Assembly: GCA_035293905.1 (NCBI GenBank)
Contig: DATGLY010000115.1
Location: forward strand, 1,291 to 65,290
Direction of reading: 5' to 3'
DNA from: Bryobacteraceae bacterium
GTDB taxonomy: Bacteria; Acidobacteriota; Terriglobia; Bryobacterales; Bryobacteraceae
Length of the DNA: 64,000 nt
Translations under genes and position numbers: made by a program
Shown: positions 19,791 through 29,197 of the stretch, piece after piece
How positions within the stretch are numbered: the first letter of the stretch is position 1
Layout: every line of letters begins with the position of its first letter
Notes under the pieces: generated by a model
What the model was told of the DNA's origin: nothing
The model's database searches: none
Seen by the model: the letters and a program-made list of their open reading frames with translations, nothing else

Positions 19791-21095
19791 TTGGAGCGCC
19801 CGGTCCAAATGGAGCATCCCGAAGACACTCAGGCAGCGGTTCGAGGGCCCAAACTCCGCCAACTGTTTTCCTGGGTCGTGGTCGCGGTCTGTGCGCTGTA
19901 CTACCTCTACTCCAATTTGCGTCTGGTTTTGCCCGCGATGCCTTTCCCAAGCGACTTCTCCGTGTACCGCGCCGCCGGCCAGGCGATCTTGGTCCATCAG
20001 AGTCCTTTCCACGTAGCGGGCTATCTCTATCCGCCGCTTTTTGCATTCTTGATCGCGCCGGCCGCTCTGCTCAGCTACCCCGCGGCCCAGCGGCTATGGT
20101 TCGCGATGTCCCATGCTTTCTTTCTGGCGTCGGCGTACATGCTTTGGCGGTACGCCGGCCGGAAACCCTACGCGCTTTGCTGCATCGCCGTCGTGTGGGC
20201 CTTCGGCGGGGCGGCGAATGAAAGCCTGGCTTTGGGGCAGATAGGGCCGCTGCTATTGCTGCTGCTTGTGCTTACTCTTCCGCGGTCCCCCGAAGTTCGC
20301 GGCTTGGCCGCTGGAGCCGGAGCCGCGTTAAAGTATATGCCGGCTCTTGTCGCGGCGCCGTTCATGCTCGCTCGCGATTGGCGCGCTCTTCGATGGCTCG
20401 CTGGCGGCGCCTGTATGCTTTTCCTGATTCCATGGCTTATCCTAATCACCTCGTTCCCGGGTCCCTATGCTCCGCCGAACGCCAATTTCTGGATGGGCAC
20501 TCCTGCGATATTGAGTTGGTCGCTTCCGTCGAGCTTGCTGCGGGTGGCCGAGCGGCCGGTCCACGGTCTGCCCGCCAGCTGGCTATCCGGAAACGACCTC
20601 GCGAATATCCATTTGCCCCTCCATGAACGTATTCTTTCGCTCTCCGGCGGCGGCTCCCTTATAGCGGCCGGAATCCTCGTTCTGATCCGCTCCTGTCGAG
20701 GGAAACTAGGAACCGGCCAACTCGGATGGGCTGTATTGGCCATGACCTCGCTCGCCGTCGTGGCGGCGCCCATCTCCTGGACGCACTATCAAATCCTAAA
20801 TTATCCTGGAGCAGCGCTGCTGCTCATCAAAAGCGCGGAGCGCCGTGACGGGAAGCTGTTCGGGGCGAGCCTGCTCTGCTTCGCTTTGATTTACCAGGTC
20901 CCGCTCCTGATCCTCAAGTCGAAATATGAAGCCGTTGGCGGCTGGGCCGCGATGCCCCCCGCTACGATCCAACTATGGAGCTCGGTTTCGCCGGCCGCCG
21001 GATTAGGGCTGTTCGCGCTGTTCATCGCAAGGATCCGAATGGAGTCGCGGACAAATAAGACAGAAATCCGAGCCCTCCCAGCATCAGCACCGTGA
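19791..21095 (+). CDS. DUF2029 / glycosyltransferase family 87-like polytopic membrane protein
   Basis: 434-aa ORF with about 11 TM. Motifs PFPSDFSVYRAAG and GAALKYMPAL are typical of GT87. Start is TTG 19791 or ATG 19809. A perfect TTGACA lies at 19752-19757 upstream. Confidence 0.6.
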   Translation: MERPVQMEHPEDTQAAVRGPKLRQLFSWVVVAVCALYYLYSNLRLVLPAMPFPSDFSVYRAAGQAILVHQSPFHVAGYLYPPLFAFLIAPAALLSYPAAQRLWFAMSHAFFLASAYMLWRYAGRKPYALCCIAVVWAFGGAANESLALGQIGPLLLLLLVLTLPRSPEVRGLAAGAGAALKYMPALVAAPFMLARDWRALRWLAGGACMLFLIPWLILITSFPGPYAPPNANFWMGTPAILSWSLPSSLLRVAERPVHGLPASWLSGNDLANIHLPLHERILSLSGGGSLIAAGILVLIRSCRGKLGTGQLGWAVLAMTSLAVVAAPISWTHYQILNYPGAALLLIKSAERRDGKLFGASLLCFALIYQVPLLILKSKYEAVGGWAAMPPATIQLWSSVSPAAGLGLFALFIARIRMESRTNKTEIRALPASAP

Positions 21096-23248
21096 GCCAG
21101 CCTAAGCACAGCTCATCGCCGGGCTGGGCGGGCGTCCTGGCTATCGTCTTCGCGGTCCTCTTGTTCCACCGCGGCGTACTGTTCCAATCGGGCCATACGT
21201 TCCCCTGGGACTTCCGGAGCGTGCATCTGCCCTTGGCGACGCTCATGGTAGATGCGTTTCGACAGCGGCGCTGGCCGCTTTGGAATCCGTACATGTACGC
21301 GGGCATGCCTGTGTTTTCCAATATTCAAGCGGCCTCTTTCTACCCGCCTATCCTGACATCGGCGCTGGTGAGCGCGGTAACGGGACTTCCCGTCCGCTCA
21401 ATCCTCGAATGGGAATTGGTTTTCCATGTTATAGCCGCAGGTCTCTTCGCTTTCTGGCTTCTTTTACGGCTAGGACTCCGGCCGACCGCGGCCACCGCAG
21501 GAGGATTGGTTTATGCGCTCGGCGGCTTTTTCGCGGCCCAAACAGAACATCTCGGCGCGGTGAGCGGAGCCGCCTGGTTGCCTCTCGCGTGGCTGTGCGT
21601 GCTGCGCATTCGAGACGGGGGCGGCCGCCGCTGGGCCGCGAAACTCGCGCTTGCCGTCTGCATGGCGGCGCTCGCCGGACTGCCTCAAGTGGCTTTCGTC
21701 GTTGTTGTCTCAAGCGTCCTTCTCGCCGCCATCCTGTCGTTAGATCCTGCTCGCTCGAAAGGCGACTTCGCGAGATTCGCTTATGTATTGCTCGCCCTGC
21801 CTCTGGCGGCGGCAATGGCGGCCATTCAACTGGCGCCGACCATCCAGATGACGTTCCTCAGCATTGCCCACTACCGCGCCGATTACCTCGGCGCCGGAGG
21901 CGGCGTCTGGCCGAAAGCCTTGATCACTCTCTTCCTTCCGAACCACCTCAATGCCTTCGATTTGACGAAATACTCCGCTCCAGGCGATGTGACGTTCAGT
22001 TATTTCTACTGCGGAATCTTGGGCATCGCCTTCGCTATCGTCGGCGCTTTTCGCCGGCGCTCGGCGCCGTTTTTGATCGTAACCCTCCTCAGTGGTCTAT
22101 GGATGCTTGGCGACTATTTCTGGCTGGGCCGTGAAATCTTCATTCATCTTCCGCCCGGTATCAGGATCGGGATTCATCCGGAGTTTGCCATGTGCGCTTT
22201 CCTGCTAGGGGTGTCCATCTTATCCGCGATGGGAGCCGACCTGGTGATGAAGCGCGACTGGATCGCTTATCTTCTGGTGATCGTAATCGCTTCCGACCTT
22301 ATCCTGGTGAGCTCGAATCGGGCGATGAACAATGCATCTCTAGCCTCTGAACCTGGCGTCACGCAAGACAGCTTTAAGGGGAGCGCTCTGTTGCTCAAAC
22401 AGATCCGCGCACTCTCGTGGAGTTCGATTCCTCCGTGGCGTATCGATGTGAACGACCGAGCTCTGCTCGACTGGGCGGTGATGAGTCCGATCACTCGCGT
22501 CCCAACCGCCGACGGGCACGACCCGCTAGCGCTTGAGCGGATCATTCAAGTCAGGCTCGCGTTCGCTCACGGGGCGCGCTGGGGCTCCAGCTATCCAGCC
22601 GAGATTCCCAGTTCTCAGGTGCTCGATCTGCTCAACGCGCGATACATACTTTCCCCTTGGGAGCTCTCCGGCTCCATGCTCGGAGGCAAATTGCGCCTGA
22701 TTGCGCGACTGCCCGGTCATTTGGTTTATGAGAATGAGACGGTCTTGCCGCGTTTCTTCCTTGTGCCTCATATTCGCCTGGCCAGCACTCTGGAGGCCGC
22801 CGCGGCGCGGCTGAAGCAGCCAGACTTCAACCCGCACGAGGAGGCAGTGGTTGAGTCGTCCGCGGACCTGCATCCGCCGCCTGTATGGTCGCAAGGTTCG
22901 ATCAGAGTCCTGTCCTATTCGCCCGAGCGCATCGAACTTGAGTTGAGCTCCCCCGAACGCGCCTTTCTTGTCGCTGCCGACGCCAATTATCCCGGCTGGA
23001 AAGCATACGTGGACGGCGTAAAAACGCAGCTTTTCTATACAGACGTGGCCTTTCGCGGCATGATTGCGCCGCCCGGCAAACACAGGATCGTCATGCTTTT
23101 CAAGCCGGAAATCTTATGGCCATCGGGCGCCTTGAGCCTTCTCGCCTGGGTCGTTTTCTTTCTCAATATGCCGGCGGCCCGCCGCCGGAAGGCCGCTAGT
23201 CCCCGCGACGAGAGCGGATTTCCGGCCGCCGAATCGGGTATAAAATAG
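21092..23248 (+). CDS. YfhO family membrane protein (GT-C-type glycosyltransferase family)
   Basis: 718 aa. YfhO-like N-terminus RRWPLWNPYMYAGMPVFSNIQAASFYPP and C-terminal region ANYPGWKAYVDGVKTQLFYTDVAFRGMIAPPGKHRIVMLFKP followed by a final TM. GTGA overlap with the upstream stop. Confidence 0.7.
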   Translation: MSQPKHSSSPGWAGVLAIVFAVLLFHRGVLFQSGHTFPWDFRSVHLPLATLMVDAFRQRRWPLWNPYMYAGMPVFSNIQAASFYPPILTSALVSAVTGLPVRSILEWELVFHVIAAGLFAFWLLLRLGLRPTAATAGGLVYALGGFFAAQTEHLGAVSGAAWLPLAWLCVLRIRDGGGRRWAAKLALAVCMAALAGLPQVAFVVVVSSVLLAAILSLDPARSKGDFARFAYVLLALPLAAAMAAIQLAPTIQMTFLSIAHYRADYLGAGGGVWPKALITLFLPNHLNAFDLTKYSAPGDVTFSYFYCGILGIAFAIVGAFRRRSAPFLIVTLLSGLWMLGDYFWLGREIFIHLPPGIRIGIHPEFAMCAFLLGVSILSAMGADLVMKRDWIAYLLVIVIASDLILVSSNRAMNNASLASEPGVTQDSFKGSALLLKQIRALSWSSIPPWRIDVNDRALLDWAVMSPITRVPTADGHDPLALERIIQVRLAFAHGARWGSSYPAEIPSSQVLDLLNARYILSPWELSGSMLGGKLRLIARLPGHLVYENETVLPRFFLVPHIRLASTLEAAAARLKQPDFNPHEEAVVESSADLHPPPVWSQGSIRVLSYSPERIELELSSPERAFLVAADANYPGWKAYVDGVKTQLFYTDVAFRGMIAPPGKHRIVMLFKPEILWPSGALSLLAWVVFFLNMPAARRRKAASPRDESGFPAAESGIK

Positions 23249-23274
23249 TACCCGATTTCGAAGAAGGGAGACTC

Positions 23275-24348
23275 ATGAAACTCTACGCCACATGGTTCAC
23301 GCTCGCGGCCGTGACGGCCACATCGGTCTTCTCCCAGAACGCCAGTTTGCCCGCTTCGTCCGCTGTGAAGAAGGGCGCCGTCGAGAAGATTACCGTTCAT
23401 GGAAAATCGCTCGAAGGAAATCTTGAAGGCGACTCGCCGGACCGGACCGTATTCGTTTACCTTCCCCCCAGTTACTCGACTCAGAAAAACCGGCGCTTTC
23501 CCGTCGTGTATTTGCTTCATGGCTATGGTTTGACGGGCGAGCGCTGGGTTCCCTTTATCAATCTCCCCGACGCCGCCGATAAAGACGCCGCGCAGGGTAC
23601 GGCGAAAGAAATGATTCTGGTAAGCCCGGACGCATTCACAAAATACAGCGGCAGCATGTATTCCAACTCGCCGGTCACCGGCGACTGGGAAACTTTTATC
23701 GCGGAGGACTTGGTCTCCTATATCGACTCGCACTATCGCACGCTCGCCACTCGCATGAGCCGCGGGCTGGCCGGCCATTCCATGGGCGGATATGGAACCG
23801 TCCGCATCGGAATGAAGCGGCCGGACGTCTTTTCCAGCCTGTACATTATGAGTGCCTGCTGCCTGTTAAACAATCCTGGCGCCGGCCGCGGACAGGCCGC
23901 TTCGAAGCAGCCAGCCAAGCAGGCGCCGCCGCCAAATGCCGGCAAGGGCAAAGGCAAAGGCGGAGCTTTCGGCAACGTACAAGCAGCCGAGGCTGCCGCC
24001 TGGTCCCCCAATCCTCAAAATCCGCCGGACTTTTTCGATTTGCCGACCAAAGACGGCGAGCTTCAGCCGGCTATCGCCGCCAAGTGGGTGGCCAATTCAC
24101 CTCTGGCCATGATCGATCAGTACGCGACGAACCTTAAGAAATATCACGCCATTGCGGGGGACTGCGGTTTGCAGGACGGCTTGTTCGCCTCCAACCAACA
24201 GATGGATGAGCTTTTCACGCGCCTGGGCATCGCGCACACATTTCAAAGCTACGAGGGCGACCACACCAATCACGTGAAAGAGCGTTTTGAAGCGAACGTG
24301 CTGCCCTTCTTTTCCGACAACCTGACGTTCGCGCAAAGCAAGCGCTAA
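23275..24348 (+). CDS. Secreted alpha/beta-hydrolase esterase (putative esterase family)
   Basis: 357 aa with signal peptide MKLYATWFTLAAVTATSVFSQ. Motifs VVYLLHG and the nucleophile elbow GLAGHSMGGYG. Confidence 0.75.
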   Translation: MKLYATWFTLAAVTATSVFSQNASLPASSAVKKGAVEKITVHGKSLEGNLEGDSPDRTVFVYLPPSYSTQKNRRFPVVYLLHGYGLTGERWVPFINLPDAADKDAAQGTAKEMILVSPDAFTKYSGSMYSNSPVTGDWETFIAEDLVSYIDSHYRTLATRMSRGLAGHSMGGYGTVRIGMKRPDVFSSLYIMSACCLLNNPGAGRGQAASKQPAKQAPPPNAGKGKGKGGAFGNVQAAEAAAWSPNPQNPPDFFDLPTKDGELQPAIAAKWVANSPLAMIDQYATNLKKYHAIAGDCGLQDGLFASNQQMDELFTRLGIAHTFQSYEGDHTNHVKERFEANVLPFFSDNLTFAQSKR

Positions 24349-24480
24349 CCAGTCGCGCACCACTCGTTCGAGTCGTGCGCACATATAACTCCGGCCATAT
24401 GCCGGATGGCCAGTGCCGCCGCCATCGGTCGGCACTAGACTCTTCTCCCTTGCGCACGATTAAATGAAAATAGTCTCTGT

Positions 24481-27400
24481 ATGTGGATCGTCAGGCTGGC
24501 GCTGCGCCGCCCGTATACGTTTGTCGTGATGGCGCTGGCCATCGTGCTGGCCGGAGGCCTGGCGATTGCGCGCATGCCCGCCGATATTTTCCCGGAAATC
24601 AACATCCCGATTGTGAGCGTGGTGTGGCAGTACAACGGGCTTTCGCCGGACGAGATGGCGGATATCGTAACGACGAGGAGCGAGCGCGGAATGACCACGA
24701 CGGTCAACGATATCGAGCGCATCGAGTCGCAGACGCTTGCTGGAATTTCGATCATCCGCATTTACTTTCATCCGGGCGCGCAAATCGAGGCCGCCATCGC
24801 CCAGATCACCGCGCAAACCAATACGCAATTGGGCTTCATGCCGCAAGGCTCGCGGCCGCCCAATATTCTTCGATACAATGCCGCGACGGTCCCTATTCTG
24901 CAACTGGGGCTATCCAGCGAAACGATGAGTGAGCAGGAGATTTACGACCTCGGCTCAAACTTCATCCGCACTCAGCTTGCGACGATCCAAGGCGCCAGCG
25001 TTCCCCCTCCCTACGGCGGCAAGCAGCGCCAGATCATGGTGGACATCGATCCCAAAGAGCTTTACGCGCGCGGCCTTTCGGCGGCCGACGTCTCCAACGC
25101 GCTGAATGCGCAGAGCGTGATTCTCCCTGCGGGCAGCGCCAAAATCGGTTCGCGTGAATTCCGCGTGGAGATGAACAACACCCCGCAGATCGTGGAGGCG
25201 TTTAACCGCCTTCCCATCAAAACGGTAAACGGCGGCACCATTTACATGAACGACGTGGCGCAGGTGCGCGACGGCTATCTGGTGCAAACCAATATCGTGC
25301 GCCACAACGGAGAGCGCGGCGCTCTCCTCACGGCGCTGAAAAACGGCGGAGTCTCCACGATCGAAATCGTGCGGCGGATCAAAAACGCCTTGCCGCGCAT
25401 TCTCCCCACTCTGCCCGCGGGGCTTGAAATTCGCACCTTATTCGATCAATCCATTTTTGTGCGCGCGGCGATCCAGGATGTTATCCGGGAGGCTTTGGCC
25501 GCCGCGGCCCTCACCGGCTTGATGATTCTGCTGTTTTTGGGAAGCTGGCGCAGCACCTTGATCGTCTGCATTTCTATTCCGCTCTCCATCTTTACGTCAC
25601 TGGCCATTCTTTACGCACTGGGCGAGACGATCAATATTATGACGCTCGGCGGCTTGGCGCTGGCCGTGGGCATCCTGGTGGACGACGCCACCGTAGAGAT
25701 TGAAAATATTCACCGCAATTTGGGAATGGGCAAAGGAATTGTCACGGCCATTCTGGATGGCGCGCAGCAGATCGCCGTCCCGGCTTTTGTCTCCACGCTT
25801 TGTATTTGCATTGTATTCGTGCCAGTCGCTTTCCTTACGGGAACCGCGAAATATCTATTCACTCCCCTGGCGATGGCCGTAGCGCTCGCCATGGCGGCAT
25901 CCTATTTGTTATCCCGCACCCTCATCCCCACCATGATCCGCTTCCTGATGCCCGCCGAGTTGCGGCTGTATCGCGGTCCGGAGGGCCACGCGGAGGCCGA
26001 GGACGGCGGCTGGCTGTGGCGCTTGCATCATGGCTTTCAAAAAGGCTTTGAAAGGTTGCGGGGAGCTTATTCAGGCCTCTTGGAATCGGCTCTGCATCAC
26101 CGCGCCCTGGTGCTAGCCTGCTTCGTAATCCTCTCTGGAGCGAGCTTCGCGTTGTATTCCTATGTGGGCAGCGATTTCTTTCCCCGCGTGGACGCCGGCC
26201 AAATCCGTTTGCATGTTCGCACCCCCGCGGGAACGCGCGTGGAAGAAACCGAGCAGCGGTTTGTTCAGGTGGAGCGCGCCATCCGCCAAATTGTTCCCGC
26301 CAACGAACTGGCCGATATTCTCGATAACATCGGCCTCCCCACCAGCGGATTTAACTTGACCTTCGGCGACAGCACCACCCTGGGCACATTCGACGGAGAA
26401 ATTCTGGTTTCTCTCCGGCCGGGCGAGCACCGCTCCACCTGGGAATACATTCGCCAGATGCGCGCCCGATTGCCGCGCGAATTTCCGGATCTGACTTTCT
26501 TTTTTCAGTCGGCGGACATTGTGAGTCAAATACTGAATTTCGGGCTGCCTGCGCCCATAGACGTCCAAATCGGCGGCCCGCTGCGGAATATGGACAAGGA
26601 TTTCCAACTTGCTACGGAAATGTCCGCGCGGTTAGCGGAAATCCCCGGAACCGCGGACGTGCACGTTCATCAGGTGCGCGACGTCCCCTTGATGCGAGTC
26701 GACGTGGATCGCGATCGCGCCAGCGTGCTCGGATTTACCCAAAAAGACGTCGCCAACGGGATGCTCACCTCGCTCAGCGGCTCGTTCCAAACCGCCGCGA
26801 ACTGGTGGATCAATCCGGCCAACGGCGTCGACTATACCGTCACTGTGCAAACGCCTACGTATCGCGTGGACTCTCCCGAAGCTATTTTGAGTACCCCTAT
26901 TTCCGCGCCCGCCGGATCTTCTACGCAGCTGCTGAGCAACGTCGCGCGGGTTAAGCGCGGCCAGACCGCGGCCGTGGTCAGCCACTACAATGTGCAGCCC
27001 GTGTTCGACGTTTACGCCAACGTCTCAGACCGGGACTTGGGAAGCGTGGCGGCGGATGTCGATCAAGTGATCGCCGAATTCAACCACAAGCTGCCTCCGG
27101 GAAGCTATATTGACACGCGCGGTCAAGTGGAAACCATGCGCAATTCGTTTCGCGGCATGGCTTACGGGCTGGTTTTCGCCATCATTCTCGTTTATTTCGT
27201 GATGGTGATCAATTTTCAATCCTGGACCGATCCGTTTATTATCCTGATGGCGATTCCCGGAGCTTTAACCGGCATTTTGCTTATGCTGTTCTTCAGCCGC
27301 ACCACCATTAGCGTTCCAGCGCTGATGGGCGCTATCATGAGCATTGGCGTCGGCACTGCGAACAGCATTCTGCTTGTGACGTTCGCCAACGACCTGCGGC

Positions 27401-27687
27401 GTCAAGGGGCGGACGCCCTGACCGCGGCCTATCAAGCTGGCCGTACGCGTCTCCGCCCCGTCGTGATGACGGCCATGGCGATGCTCGCCGGAATGATTCC
27501 CATGGCTTTGGGGCTGGGCGAGGGCGGAGAGCAGAACGCTCCCCTCGGGCGCGCCGTGATCGGAGGATTGATATTGGCTACCGTGGCTACTCTCTTTGTC
27601 GTTCCCGTCGTCTACAGCCTTTTGCGCAGGGCCGAGCCCAAGAGATTTGACCGCCTGGATGAGGGACAGGAGACGGAACTGGCATGA
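24481..27687 (+). CDS. RND efflux transporter permease (AcrB/HAE-type)
   Basis: 1068 aa with the canonical N-terminus MWIVRLALRRPYTFVVMALAIVLAG, 12-TM architecture and two large periplasmic loops. Confidence 0.95.
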   Translation: MWIVRLALRRPYTFVVMALAIVLAGGLAIARMPADIFPEINIPIVSVVWQYNGLSPDEMADIVTTRSERGMTTTVNDIERIESQTLAGISIIRIYFHPGAQIEAAIAQITAQTNTQLGFMPQGSRPPNILRYNAATVPILQLGLSSETMSEQEIYDLGSNFIRTQLATIQGASVPPPYGGKQRQIMVDIDPKELYARGLSAADVSNALNAQSVILPAGSAKIGSREFRVEMNNTPQIVEAFNRLPIKTVNGGTIYMNDVAQVRDGYLVQTNIVRHNGERGALLTALKNGGVSTIEIVRRIKNALPRILPTLPAGLEIRTLFDQSIFVRAAIQDVIREALAAAALTGLMILLFLGSWRSTLIVCISIPLSIFTSLAILYALGETINIMTLGGLALAVGILVDDATVEIENIHRNLGMGKGIVTAILDGAQQIAVPAFVSTLCICIVFVPVAFLTGTAKYLFTPLAMAVALAMAASYLLSRTLIPTMIRFLMPAELRLYRGPEGHAEAEDGGWLWRLHHGFQKGFERLRGAYSGLLESALHHRALVLACFVILSGASFALYSYVGSDFFPRVDAGQIRLHVRTPAGTRVEETEQRFVQVERAIRQIVPANELADILDNIGLPTSGFNLTFGDSTTLGTFDGEILVSLRPGEHRSTWEYIRQMRARLPREFPDLTFFFQSADIVSQILNFGLPAPIDVQIGGPLRNMDKDFQLATEMSARLAEIPGTADVHVHQVRDVPLMRVDVDRDRASVLGFTQKDVANGMLTSLSGSFQTAANWWINPANGVDYTVTVQTPTYRVDSPEAILSTPISAPAGSSTQLLSNVARVKRGQTAAVVSHYNVQPVFDVYANVSDRDLGSVAADVDQVIAEFNHKLPPGSYIDTRGQVETMRNSFRGMAYGLVFAIILVYFVMVINFQSWTDPFIILMAIPGALTGILLMLFFSRTTISVPALMGAIMSIGVGTANSILLVTFANDLRRQGADALTAAYQAGRTRLRPVVMTAMAMLAGMIPMALGLGEGGEQNAPLGRAVIGGLILATVATLFVVPVVYSLLRRAEPKRFDRLDEGQETELA

Positions 27688-27736
27688 GCGCGCAACAGGC
27701 GCTGCCATTCGCGCATTTTGCGTGAATTAGAAAGCA

Positions 27737-29038
27737 ATGGCGGCGAATCCACAAATTCAACCCGAGCTGGCTCCCGAACTCCTGCCGCCAGCTAAGAGCA
27801 AGTCGCATCACGGTTTCCTGATCTTGCTGTTGCTGGCCGGAATTGCGCTGGGCGCCGGCATCTTTTACGAGCTTTCCCAACGAAAGACTCAACAACGCGC
27901 CCTGGCGGCAAGCGTCGGCGAACGCGCTGCCGCCGGAACGCCGGTGGTGAACGTCGCGCGCGTGCGCATGGCCGCTTCGGAGGCCACCGTCGAGCTCCCC
28001 GGTCAGACGATGGCGCTGGTGGAAACGCCTGTCTATGCGCGCACCGACGGCTATATCAAGCAGCGCAACGTAGACTTGGGCGACCGCGTGAAGCAAGGGC
28101 AGCTCCTGTTTGAGCTAGACACGCCTGACCTGGACCAGCAGATCGCGCAGGCGCGCGCGACTCTGGGCCAATCGCGCGCTGCTTTGGCTCAATTGCAGGC
28201 TAATTTGCAAGCCGCGCAAAGCAGCCTCAAGCTGGCGCGCATAACGGCCGAACGAACGAAAGCTCTCGCCGATCAAGGCGTCATGTCCAAGCAGGATAAC
28301 GACACCGCGCAAGCCGGCTTGGAAAATGGACAGGCCAATGTCCACGCCGCCGAAGAAAACATTCGCGCGCAGCAGGACGTGATCAACGCAAACGACGCCA
28401 ATCTAAAGCGGCTGATCGAGCAAAAAAATTTCGCCCGCATTGAGGCTCCTTTCGATGGAGTGGTGACTTACCGCAACACCGCCGCCTCCGACGTCGGCAC
28501 TCTCGTCAGTTCCGGCAGCAGCACCGCCACGCATGAAATTCTGCGCATCTCCCAGCTCCAGACGCTGCGCATTTTCGTCAACGTGCCGCAGAGCTATGCT
28601 CCCGTGATCCGCTTAAATCAAACCGCGGACTTGACCGTAGAGGAGTTTCCTGGGCGCAAGTTTCCCGCTCGCGTCAAAAGCGCCGCCAGCGCCGTCGATC
28701 CCTCTTCCCGCACCATGTTAACCATCCTGGAAGTGGACAACTCAAGCGGAACGCTTTTGCCCGGCATGTACGCCACCGTGCGTTTCCGTCTTCCACATAC
28801 CGTCAATGTGCTGAGGGTCCCAGGCGACGCACTGATCTTCCGCACCGAAGGCGTCTTCGCCGCGGTGGTGGACGCCGAGCATCGCGTTCATATGCGCAAG
28901 CTCGTGCTCGGCCGCGACTTCGGCTCGGAAGTCGAAGCCACTTCCGGCCTCGAAGCCATGGACTCGGTCGTGCTGAACCCGACCGACGCCATCCGCGAAG
29001 GAGTTCTTGTAGAGCCGAAAGAGCGCCCCGGCAGATGA
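27737..29038 (+). CDS. RND efflux periplasmic adaptor (membrane fusion protein, HlyD family)
   Basis: 433 aa with an N-terminal TM anchor, a coiled-coil hairpin (QQIAQARATLGQSRAALAQLQANLQAAQSSLKLA) and a beta-barrel domain. It starts 49 nt after the permease. Confidence 0.9.
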   Translation: MAANPQIQPELAPELLPPAKSKSHHGFLILLLLAGIALGAGIFYELSQRKTQQRALAASVGERAAAGTPVVNVARVRMAASEATVELPGQTMALVETPVYARTDGYIKQRNVDLGDRVKQGQLLFELDTPDLDQQIAQARATLGQSRAALAQLQANLQAAQSSLKLARITAERTKALADQGVMSKQDNDTAQAGLENGQANVHAAEENIRAQQDVINANDANLKRLIEQKNFARIEAPFDGVVTYRNTAASDVGTLVSSGSSTATHEILRISQLQTLRIFVNVPQSYAPVIRLNQTADLTVEEFPGRKFPARVKSAASAVDPSSRTMLTILEVDNSSGTLLPGMYATVRFRLPHTVNVLRVPGDALIFRTEGVFAAVVDAEHRVHMRKLVLGRDFGSEVEATSGLEAMDSVVLNPTDAIREGVLVEPKERPGR

Positions 29039-29197
29039 AACTCGGAGACGCGCGCCGCCATGGGCCAGCCCGCATTTTCACCAACCCGCACGACTCGTTG
29101 TACGCGGGTTATGGCCGCCAGCTTACCGGCATCGGCTGGTATCTCGACCTGCTGCGCCTGGAGTACAGGCATACTTTCTGAGACGATATCCTGAAGC

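Noticed and set aside
23941-23961. Short tandem-like DNA repeat ggcaagggcaaaggcaaaggc.
   Set aside because: It lies inside the esterase CDS and simply encodes a GKGKGKG low-complexity linker. It is not a repeat element.
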